This document shows positions 1 to 12,100 of a stretch of 64,000 nucleotides of DNA, piece by piece (the stretch's first letter is position 1; every line of letters starts with the position of its first letter). This DNA comes from Mytilus edulis (taxonomy: Eukaryota), in contig NC_092350.1 in the NCBI RefSeq assembly GCF_963676685.1, positions 83,762,001-83,826,000 of the forward strand, written 5' to 3'. The translations under genes and the position numbers were made by a program. Below the pieces are notes generated by a model that saw nothing but the letters and a program-made list of their open reading frames with translations, had not been told where the DNA came from and ran no database searches.

Positions 1-196
1 TTTAATTGGAGATGAATTTATACATGATAGTTCCCTCAAATACATATTCTACCAAATACAGTTTTACAATTACTATTTCTATAATATACTTGTGGGGTTG
101 GCTGCTTCCTCTGTAGTAATTGGTATATTGACAATGGTAATCGCCATCTTTGGATTAATTGGGTCATGGAAAAAATCACCACCAGTACTCATCATG
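1..196 (+). CDS. Gene A exon (equivalent to B exon 8): module 2 small loop and TM2, partial
   Basis: LIGDEFIHDSSLKYIFYQIQFYNYYFYNILVGLAASSVVIGILTMVIAIFGLIGSWKKSPPVLIM, donor gtaggt. Confidence 0.92.
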
Positions 197-3100
197 GTAG
201 GTAACACAGGTATTAATTTTGATATTCGAAATTAATAAAATAAAGTTGGTCAAACAGATTGTTAACACAAGTCTTGATTGAAAGAAAGCATGTCTTGTGT
301 AATTCTGTTATATGACTGATCTTAACCTTTTTATCCTGTTTCTAAATGTGTTTTTTTTTTATTTATTTACATGTTTGTGTTCTTTCCTTTGACTTAAGGG
401 TAGCTGGTTTAGATTATTCTAGTCAAATTAGCCTACATGGTAAAAACGTAACAGTGAACACACTATATAAAACAAAGCTCGTGCTACACAGTAATAGTAT
501 CTACACTAAGTAATTTACAACTTCGTGAACAAGAAAATAAACTGCCGGCATCAATAGTAATAAATATCTATTAACCTCATAAACATTCCAATTGTTAAAT
601 AGCATATTATGAATACCCGTCATAAACGAACACTCGCTGCCATGGACAAACCAAATAGTTGAAAAACTTGCATCACGGAGCACTGCAAGAACCGTTTCTG
701 GGTAATGATGCCGTAATTCATCATGATATTATAAAAAGTCAATTTTTTATACAAAAAGGAAGTTTTAACTGTACGATGTCTACGGCTAGAATGACCACCT
801 GAACAATTTTTGCACGAAACCGAGAAAAACAAATTAGCATAACAAAACGTTAGGTCAACTGACCTATCGCATCATCAAATTTGATAGAATCTTTGAGACA
901 GTATTTTCCCGCTATACTGCGAAACGTTGTAAAATATATTAAATGCATATCGTAAATTCGTTATCAAATTTTCAAAGTTTATTTTAAAACGTACAATATA
1001 TTATAAAAATGCAAAATTACTAATGTTGCATATATATTTATATTATAAAAACTACGAAGAAAGGTAACACTCGGCCACCGAAAGCTTTATTATTGATGCA
1101 AAAGTGGTTGAGTGGTCTAGCGCGACAAATACAGTGCAGGCGATTTGGTGTCACGTTATATCAGTAGCATGAGTTCGAATCCCGGCGAGGGAAGAACAAA
1201 ATAATTTGCGAAAGCAAATTTACAGATCTAACATTGTTAGGTTGATGCTTAGACGAGTTGTATATACAGAATGTACACAACCATGTATAATCATCACTGC
1301 TGGTGATCCGATGGAAAGATCTGTTGTAGGTCACTGGTTTAGACGTTCTTCTAAATATAATAATTTCTTTGACTGTATCTTGCATTACTTTGGATGAACA
1401 GCAAATTTACAGATCTAACATTGTTGGGTTGATATTTAGACAAGTTGTATGTACATATAAGTTTAAACTAAAATAAATACGTTCAAACCTATGATTGCGT
1501 TGGATAAAAACCGCAATTTTTATTCGTATGCATGTTAAACAAATTTCATTGTAGAAGGGTCTAAATACAGCACAAACAACATTTTCCAAAAGACAACAAC
1601 AGTGGATCTTGATATTATTTCAACTAGAACACACCCGCGAAATCGCGGGCATTCAGACCGTAGTTTAAAGTATGTAAAGTGTTGTTGGAAGAATTTTGTT
1701 AAATATTGAATGACTGGAGAATTTCAGCAAATGTATCATAAGTCATAGGTTATTTGGGACAGGAAAATGTTTTTTTTTTATCCCTCCTTCTTCATTTCCA
1801 AAATTCCCAATTTTTGGTTTTCTATCAATTTCAGTATGAACATACATTTAGTACATGTATGTTATGAACATTTAAGTAAGGAACCTGTAATTCAGTGGTT
1901 GTCGTTTGTTTATGTCAGAGACATATAAAAGTATTATATGTTTCTGTTCATGTGTTACATATTTGTTTTTCGTTCATTTTTTGTACATAAATATGGCCGC
2001 TAGTTTTCTCGCTGGAATTGTTTTACATCGTCATTTCGGGTCCTTTAAAAGCTGAGTATTCGGTATCGGCTTTGCTCGTTGTTGAAGGCCGTTCGGTGAC
2101 CTATAGTTATTAATTTCTGTGTCATTTTGGTCTCTTGTGGAGAGTTGTCTCAACATGGCAATCATACCACATCTTTTTTTGTTGTTGTAATAAATGAATT
2201 TTATAAAAGATTTAATGACTGGAGAATTTCAGAAAAGGTATCAAAAGTTCACATGAATAATTTTAGCGCTTATCTGTATATAATAAACATTCATTGCTAT
2301 ATAAATAAATCAAGTGTATTTACTTTCAATTCCAAGTTTACTAATCGATCCATGTGGTCAATTGATATAGTATATAGACCCACTCCATTTAATAAACTCT
2401 GTGACCACCGTAGATAGTAAACTTGAAAATGATACATAGTATCCTGTCGGTTTCACTGTTTAACAGATCTTCAAGGATATGGTTGCTGGCGACGTTGACA
2501 GGGGTAACGTCTATTAGCAACATTATTGTTTAGTCTCGAACGTCATAATATAGCACAACGTAGTACTATATGACACGAAAGTGAAAGTACATAATTAAAC
2601 AGAAATGCCTTCTAGATTCTCGTTTCATCTATTTAATTTCGGACGGTATTTCTTAATAAAATAATGTTCTTTTTTAATTCTCATTGGTTCCGTTGTTTTA
2701 TTTGAACACTGATAAAATGGAAAAATGAAGAAATTTGGTTGCATTTGGTCCAGCGCATCTATCAATTTGTTCGCTAAACGTAATTTTTCTTATGCTCAAG
2801 ACTCGAATTTGCTGTCTATGTACTATCATACGTTTTCTAATGGTTTTGCCGGTTTGCCCAATTTAATTCTCTTGACAACCCTTGCAAGTGATGATGTATA
2901 GAAGATTTGCCGATGCACATGTAAAACTGTCCTTGAATTTGAAAATATGACCGGATTTAAAGACGAATTCGGTTTCTTCGGATAAGTATAAAAAAGATTC
3001 ACAATTTGGTCGTCCACATTTTTGTACCTTTGGTTGTCTATTTTTTGTTTTAAATGTTGCGATTTTTTTTTAATGATTTCGGTTGTTGTTTGCTTTTAAT

Positions 3101-6100
3101 TACTTTGTGTGAATTAAATAATTTCAACATCCTTTGATTGCACTGTAAAATTTGTATATTGTTGAAAGCTTCATTATTTCTCGGGTTGTGAGTAGAAAAG
3201 TACGGTGACACGTGTTCTTTATGATGCGGTTCAGTTTCCCTTAATTCGTGTAAGTTAAACGATTTGGCTCTAGTTATACCGTCATCTAATATTCTCTTAT
3301 GGTATTTTCGGCCAAAGAGCATGTATCTTAGTTCATTTAATCTTGTATTCCTTAATTCTGGATTTGAAATGATAGTACATATGCGTTTAGCTAGGTTATA
3401 TGAACGGTTTGAGTATTGAAAAAAAAGGACAAAAAAGGATTTTTTTTTCTCGAGAAGTTACATATTTCAAAAATTCTGTATCCACAAAGGTGGGTGTCCT
3501 CAGTTCCGGACTGGTAACTCGTGGTATCTGAACTTTTACAATATTTGTCAACGTACAATCAAGTTATCGTTCTAAACGAATTGCATTATATTTACTAATT
3601 GACTGATGTAGAGTACAACCTCTGACTTAATTATGTCCATCCTTTTCTATGGTCAACATTAAATGCTTACCATTAATTGGGGTATGTAATTTTTAGATGT
3701 TGGCCATTTTTTGGGGTCATAAAACATAAATTGAAGATTTATCTATTTATTTTACCTGTTGAAATCAATCAGGGTTGAAGTGTTTATGTTTCTTTAAGAT
3801 TTACCTCTTCAGGTAACGCAGGTTTCTATTAAAATTGAAATTTCAACACTTTTGAAAATGTAGAATAAAATGTTGTTTTAGTCTTTGTTTGTTTATATTG
3901 TTTGTATATTTATCTTTCTTAGAATTTAAAAATTTTAGTTTATATTTTTCATTTGTTTTCATTTATTTTTGTATGATTTGTTTTTTAATTTTGTATTCTT
4001 TTAATTTCTTCTTGGTAAGGGTATTGAGTAGAAATGATTAAAAGTCATAGATAAATTATTGACTAGCATTTGTAAACAACTAAGATTATTTTTTAAGTAA
4101 AAAAAAAAGTGATTGTCCATGATGTACATTGTATTCGATTGTTCTTTTGTATTATAAATGACATATTATTAATTATAACTTATAATCATGCAAATGATAT
4201 GTTTATAGGAACCATGGAGCTAGTAATTTAACAAGCCTGTTTCTCAACAAAAAGAAAATGATCAATATCAATTTTTTTACAATATTTGTTTATAACAAAG
4301 TTGTAACATCAAATATTACTCAGGAAAACTACAAATATCATTATATGGTCTTAGAAAAAACTGTTTTTTGTTTATCTTTATTTTTATATTTATAAGGCAT
4401 GCATTATGAAAGTTTACATTATATTAGAACATGATATTTATTCATTCTTCAGTCTCCAAAAATACATACATAAATATCTTAAATTGATAGAATTATTTAA
4501 TAATAGGTATAACATCAAAACAAAACATACAAACAGTCATGAGACAATTTTTTCAAAAAAAAAGCAATTAAACTATATATGTTCCACTACTTTTATAATT
4601 TCATTTTATTTTTAAATTCTCTTGAAATATTTATAGTAATTTAATTTGACAAACACATTTACATTTTAACTGAGACACTTGACCTGTAAGTTATGTATAG
4701 TTTTAAAACAATGCAGTCATGATTTCCCTTTATTTGATTGATACCTTGTGTATTAATTAGGAAACATGGGGTATATTGATTGACATATAGGCCAATCATG
4801 AGGGACATAGTTTTTAGGGTCACAAATAGTAGGATAATGTCACAGGTAGTACTGTAAACTACCCTTAGATTTATAAGCCAGTTACACCATATACAAACAT
4901 CAGAGATACCAGCATTTAACTGTTTAATGCCATACTCGTTTGTCGTCTACAAAAGACTCATTAGTGACGACCGGATATACAAATTATCAAATAAAATAAA
5001 AGTTTAAAAGCATTGAGGATCAAAAATTCCAAAAGTTTTTTTTTCAAAATACAGCTTTGACCTGAATGATTGTTTTATCTTTACAGAGTTCAGTTCTTTC
5101 GATGATTTTGCATGTGCCAAGGATATTCACTGTCATATTGTTGTTGGTGTTCGTGGAAAAGGTAGGCATACATATATATCTACAGACGAAAATGTAAGAC
5201 GAGAGTCGAAAAACAATTAACATTACTAAACATATAATTTGATAGATCAATAGCACAAGATATTCATTTAACCTAATTTGAAATGACGTTTTATGAACGG
5301 AAAAGCAGTAACGAGTTACAAACTTTACTTAAATTAAGGCCACTGATAAGAAAAGTAAATAAAGGCAACATAAGAGATACGATTAAATAATGATCAACCG
5401 ATTTTCAAACTTCAAACAGTTTAGCATCGAGCAATACTAATGAGACATTCAATGCACATGTTTTGCATTTAAATTGATACATCAAATGAAAGTATTCATA
5501 CTAGAATGATACCTATTGCAGGTTGTATCATTTTGCAATCAGCTAACTTGTACTCCGATACTAGCATGAATGACGGATATCGCATTATTAAAATTTGCGG
5601 ATATATTATTTTCAACAGGTTTTAAGTTAGAGAATATATATCCCTCTTTTGCCTTGCCCGGCTTTTTATTCTGTATATTCTTTTTACTTTAATAGTTTAT
5701 AATTTTCATTAATTTTAAGAATCTATAAAATATTATGCCCTCGAGCATCACTGAAAACACATTCATTGTTTTAAACGTTCAAGATAATGGTTATTTAACA
5801 AAGTGCTTTAGGCACATGAATCATACAGTGGTATTTTCATTTTCAACGTATTTGATCGATCCCGCTAATACATGTAACAGTCAGTCATTGAGGGTATCAT
5901 TAGTTTAAATGAAACCCAAATATTTGAATAGTTGTATGACCGAAAATAATTACATAATCTAATGAGGCAAAAATAAAACCATCAATTATATTGATTGATT
6001 AGAATTTAACATATGGCAAATAGTCCTTTTAAGTTTATTTTTTTCTCTTCTTTGTAAAACCAAGGACTTTTTGAATTTACAATACATTAGAATGTGAAGA

Positions 6101-9100
6101 CTGTTTTCTTTCCAGATAAATGACAACATGATAGTTCAGCTGAACTTACAGCAACAAGGGTATTTTTACAACAACGTTCAAAGTGAAATAACTCGGAAAT
6201 GGAATGACATGATCATGCAAGTACGATACTTTATTTAACATGCATGACCTTTTTGTAAGTCTACAGAACCACTTATTTAGAATTGGGTAGTTTTTTTTCT
6301 ACTCATCGTTGTGCTTTTATCGTCAATCGTTTTTGTTCTTAGTAATGCACATCATGCCATCTTTCTGCTTGCCAACCCTCCCTTTTTTAGCTACCGCGCG
6401 AGGGTATAGACTCTCCCGTTATTTTAACGTTTAACTTGGAATGACTAGCGTTTTTCATGTTCGTAAACGTAGTATCCTGCTTTTTCATTACTGTCAATAA
6501 AAGAAAATAAACAATTTATGATTTTTTTAACTCGTTGGTCAGTTGTTTGAAAATTCAATTGATACAAGATCAATGAAGATAGAGGTCTTTGTCTGGATTA
6601 ATTGACAAGGTAAAAAAAAAATAGAAAACAAAAACGAAATTCAACATTAGTTTTAATAATCCATGGCCATTGTATTCCAAACTGAAGAAAACAGGTAGAG
6701 AGATTAAGGATGCATTATTTACGTAATTTGGTTCTCGACGAATTTAATAAGACAGATGAAAAACAGATTTATCCAAAACCAAAGGAATACATCGTCGAAT
6801 TCATACTATTCAACTATCACGATGTACAATTAGCTGATAAAATATTTAGAACACTTATATTCAGCTAATACATGTTTTTGACTTCTCCGATTTGTTACCT
6901 TGGTGGAAATAAAATTAACGGTACCAATTTTCTTGCACCAGATGCGCATTTCGACAATACATGTCTCTTCAGTGATGCTCGTGGCCAAAATATTTGAAAT
7001 TCAAAGCTTATATAAAAGATGAAGAGCTATAATCCAAAAGGTCCAAAAAGTATAGCCAAATCCGTGAAAGGAATCAGAGCTTTGCATGAGGGAGATACAT
7101 TCCTTAATTTATAATAATTTCTAATATTTTGTAACAGAAAATTTTAATAACACAAAAAATCCGTATGTTCATGCCAGTACCGAAATACTGGCTACTGGGC
7201 TGGTGATACCCTCGGGGACTAATAGTCCAGCTGCACGCGCCTGACGAAGCTAATTTGTTTAGCGAACTATTGCGTATATATGAAATATAACAAGTGTTTT
7301 ATAGCACTCATTGGTGTTTAAGCTACATTCTAATGCATTTATTCAATATAATTTATTAACTGCATTATTTTATTTTTAAATTGTACCACGCCCAGATAGT
7401 TTGAATGTTTATTGATTTTTAGACACAATATATATATTTGTTTTTATAGCTAGAGTGCTGTGGAGTCTATAGTTCTTCAGACACCTTGTCACGATCGTAT
7501 GGCTACGCAAACATATTTTGCTGTAAAAATGCACATGAGAGTAGAACAGATTCTGGATGGGATTATTATTATTATTATCATTATCATCATTATTATTATT
7601 ACTATCATTTAAACTTTTTTGGTGGCTGCGGTGGATATAAAACTGATGTAAGTGAATCATAAGATATATCGTTATTTGTTTTAGTTAAATTGTAAACATC
7701 AATATAAATGAACATTTATCAGGGGATATGTTTTGAAGGAACGCTCGTAAGAGAAACATAATCATTGTTCACATATATATTTAGATTATATGAAACAGTG
7801 ACTGAAAACATCATTAATCCGAGTTTGAATTGTAATCACTTTACATGTGTATCTAACTTTCAAGACACTTGACATATAACTAGAGGTCAGTCATTTAAAG
7901 ACGTATTACCGAATTATATACGTTGACGTATCTGCAGATTTAATAATTACCATTATGTGATCCCAAGCTTGAATTGTATATTCTTTCAATAATGCAGATG
8001 GGCAACTGATTCATTTCTAATAATTTGATTGTGTAGCTGATTCATATGTTAGAAAAGATGGGCGTAAAATAACAAAGGGACAAAGGGGAAAAGTATAAAA
8101 GTCTGAAGTTCGGGATCACATCATTTTGTTTTGGTATATCTGCAGATGCGTTTTTGAATGACCGACCTCTACTTTACAACGATAAACATCATTTGGCTTA
8201 AGCTCATTTTGAGGGACCTCCTAAAAAATTCGAGTAAACAAGCAACGATGCTGATTGTGCACTCTACAGACTAAATTGTTTTTTTTTCTGAATCGTTCAA
8301 AAAAAAACATAATACATAAACTAAGATTGTATGTCTGTTTTTCTCAACTTGTATTTTCATTTCAGACATGCAGTGAAAAAATAATACTTAAAACAAGACA
8401 ATTTTGCGGTTGGTTTCTTGCAATAGTTTTGCTGCAAATATTGCTTGAGGTATTTTTAAAGAATTCAAAATGCCAAACTTAACAGTTAACTGTGTCGACT
8501 TATATCAACAATAAGGCAATGTTATAAATAAGAAATAGATATCATTATTACCTTGGTTGCAATGAATTACATTGATTTCCCAGTTAAATAAAACCCGATA
8601 ATTTCACATGTGAAATTAACTTGGTTATTTCACTCTCTGACGTCATACAACAATAGGCGTTGTCAAAACGTCGATAATGCGAAACAAAACATGCGTAGGA
8701 AAAACATATAGTTCCTTACATTTTCTACATTAATTTCTTTAAAAAGCAATTTGACAATGTAATAAAAAGTTGCGCACTCGTTTAATCCCTGCGTCGTTTG
8801 GTCACGCGTTGTCTTATTTTTTTCTATTCAAATACGGCGATTAGTTATACTATAATTATTTCATTATTTGAACTAATAAATATGAAACATTAAACCATTA
8901 AATCACAGTCGTACTGAACCTGGGTTACAAGTACAAACTTTGACGACATTGATACATTCTTATTATAAGAATAATATTTGGTAATTTACATAGAACATCT
9001 GATTGAATACATTTTCTGTTGTATTTTCACAGTGTAAAAGAAAATTCTAAGGTACAAAATGATTGTTCAAATCAAATAAGCATTCACCTCTGAATATGGA

Positions 9101-12100
9101 TTTTTATTAGATAATATTATATATCTATCATGTATACAGTCATATATATAAAAGTGAAATCAGATAACTTGACAAAATAGTATCTGTTCTTGCCTTTGAG
9201 AAGGTTAACATATATTAATATAAAAATATTAAGTTGAGTATACATTCAGTCGGCGAATAACTGTATTTTTTTAATATATCAAACTGTGAAAATTAAAAAA
9301 ATGTTTTCTTAATTCCTATGACTAGGACATACATTTGTACCTTTCAAAGATTTAACCAAAAATACATGTCGTCCACACAGTTGCCTTGAAATTATTTTTG
9401 GTTGAATACAGACTTCGCTATAATAAATATTTTGTTTAATGTAATATGTCACTAGTATACAGATTTAAGTCTTTGACAGCATCTAAATAACATAAATATA
9501 GACTGAACAGATGTATTACACTGTCAGCGAATTGTCTGAACAGTACTAAAACTTCCGCAGTGGATAAGCGAGAAAGTTGGATGGAATTCTAAACTACACA
9601 ATATTTATTCAGTCTATACTAAGATCTTTTCTTAACATCTGAAACTGTGCAGCTTACATTGTGTTTAATTGAACTTTAAAGATAGTGTTAATGTGTTATA
9701 TATTTTACCTTTACCAAGGTGTTGCCTATCCTTTTAAATTTATAATTTCAAGCGGTCTACGAGAATCTTTTGCTTTTTCCAACATTTGTAGAAAAAATTG
9801 TTATACGATTTTTAACAATATGATTTTTTATAGTATGCAGTATAACTTGAATGTTGCAGATTGTAGGACTCATATTTACAAACAAAGAATATTCACAGAT
9901 CAGATCATCAAATACACTCGATAATGGAATCCCAGAAGACTCACATACTGTGCTTCACTCAAAGACAATAATTTTTAGAACAGTATTTCGAGGGATAAAG
10001 TTGTTCTTCATCAGTAACTGGAAAAGGTTGTTGTTTAAAGCGTTTGCTATTTTTCCCATTTACATTATTTGACACAACGTCTAATATGTGACAAATCCTG
10101 ATTTATCAAAATACAACTTAAAAAGTCATTTTTTTTATATTTTCTAATTAAGGCAGTTGTTAGCATCCTATTGGGTTAGAATAAAGCACACAAATTGTGA
10201 TGAAACAGTATGTTTGTTAATAATTTGCAATTTATGACGTTAACATAATTAAAATATATATTATATTGGTTTCTTATAAAGACTTTTCTAAACTAAAATA
10301 GATTGTGTTTCAAATACTAATCGATTGTGAACTTTTGACGAGGTCAATACGTTGTATATGGACCTGTTCAGATTATATTGACCGAGGACGAAGTCCATGG
10401 ATAACGTACTGACTGAATGAAAGTCCTTAATTTTTATATTACATATGTAAATAATATATAAGAAAATGGCACTTAATTTTCTTTTCAGTATTCCTAATTT
10501 ATATTGTACAAAAAATTATCATGTTATTGAAACAAGCAATATTCTTTGACCAACTTTATAGCTTGTTGCGTTAGCTGTTTTGTATTCCCAGCGTCTGCAT
10601 TTAACATTCTTGATATCTCCTTCTGATAAACATGCAAATTTATTTTCGTCTGCTGAGGCGCTTCTGCCATGACTGTTATGTGTGACATCATGACGTCTTC
10701 AATCTGAATTAAGCAACATATTTTGAACGACTATTTTTGTGTGTGTTTCCTATCATATAAACAATGTGTTTTCGCCTTAAAAGCAGCATCCACTTTCTAA
10801 GTAAGTCTTATTTACTTGAATTTAATTAACGACAGATTGCAAACTTAATTGGTTCGATAAATTAAGGATGTGTTAACCAAAAGATAGATATGCTTAGCTG
10901 TATTTGGTAGCAAATTTCGGAATTTCGGATAAACAATTCTTTTCAACTCTGTACATTTGTGGCAGTTGTTACTGGATTTTTTTTCAAGCATCACCGATGA
11001 GTGTCTTATATAAGAAAAAACACGTATGTCTGGAGTAGAGAATTTAATTCCTGGTACAATGAAATATAAATTGATACTTGGAAAGAGAGTTGTGTCATTG
11101 CACTCAGACCACACTTTCTTCTATATATATAGTATAGATAGAGGTAAATGGCTAAAACTGGATAAAATAAACTACAACAACAGTACAACACCCACTATGT
11201 CATGGCAACCCACTATTAGTTGAATTTATTGCATCATATAATATGTATTTTATTTTTAGATCGAAAATATCAGTACTGCATTTCATGTTTCTTGGGATCT
11301 TGGCGGTAAGTATTTCGGTAAACTCAAATACTGAGAAAGATCACATTTAAGATATTTCCTAACACTGAATTTTATCTAATTTGTTGCAAATCACTTTTTT
11401 CTCATTACCTCAAAGCAAAACTTTCGGATCATGTAAGCCAACGTAATGTTGCTCATTGTGATTGTTCGCTCACTAATTTGTATTTTACTTAAACAGTACA
11501 TGCATGCTTGATGAAGTTACATTTGTAAACGTTTAGTAATAATCTTGCAACGTGTATTCGTCGTATTAAAAGCAGCTTCAATAATAATGCAATTCATTGG
11601 TATTGCAACTGAGTGTCAACTGTTGAATTGCATTCTAATATTTGAATTATATTCAATGTTAAATGAGTTGCTAAGTCTTATAAAAATAACAAAATATATG
11701 TTACGTATACTAATTCTGTGAATAACTGTATACATTATGATCCGTTTTTTTTTTTTTTTTTTTGAAAACCAATGTTTACGGCGAACGAAAACATTTCATC
11801 GAGATTTGATTTCGTAGTTCGGCTATTCATCAAGCAAGCAACTTAAAACAAACCATTTGGGAAAGAATCCGAAAACATCTTTAACTTAATCGTAAAGATT
11901 TGACGTGTATTTGTACATTATATCTTTTTTCTTACAAACGTGCAGTTAAATCTAAAAGATTGTTTTTTTGGATATAATCGTATTGTTTTTCTTTATTCGG
12001 CCTTGCAATATATTTATTTTCTAATTATCTATCTTAATGAATATGTATGTATTATTCCAGATGTGCAACATTGGAACACTCGGATTAGCAATTAATATTA

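Noticed and set aside
1103-1192. Functional tRNA gene
   Set aside because: Acceptor and anticodon stems do not pair convincingly; only the promoter boxes are recognisable.
394-4868. Possible large TTAA element bounded by taagggtag ... ctaccctta
   Set aside because: Only about 9 bp of inverted match and no clean target duplication.
7409-7660. Minus-strand ORF with poly-Asn/Asp
   Set aside because: It is the antisense reading of the Tyr/His microsatellite in a well-supported plus-strand exon.
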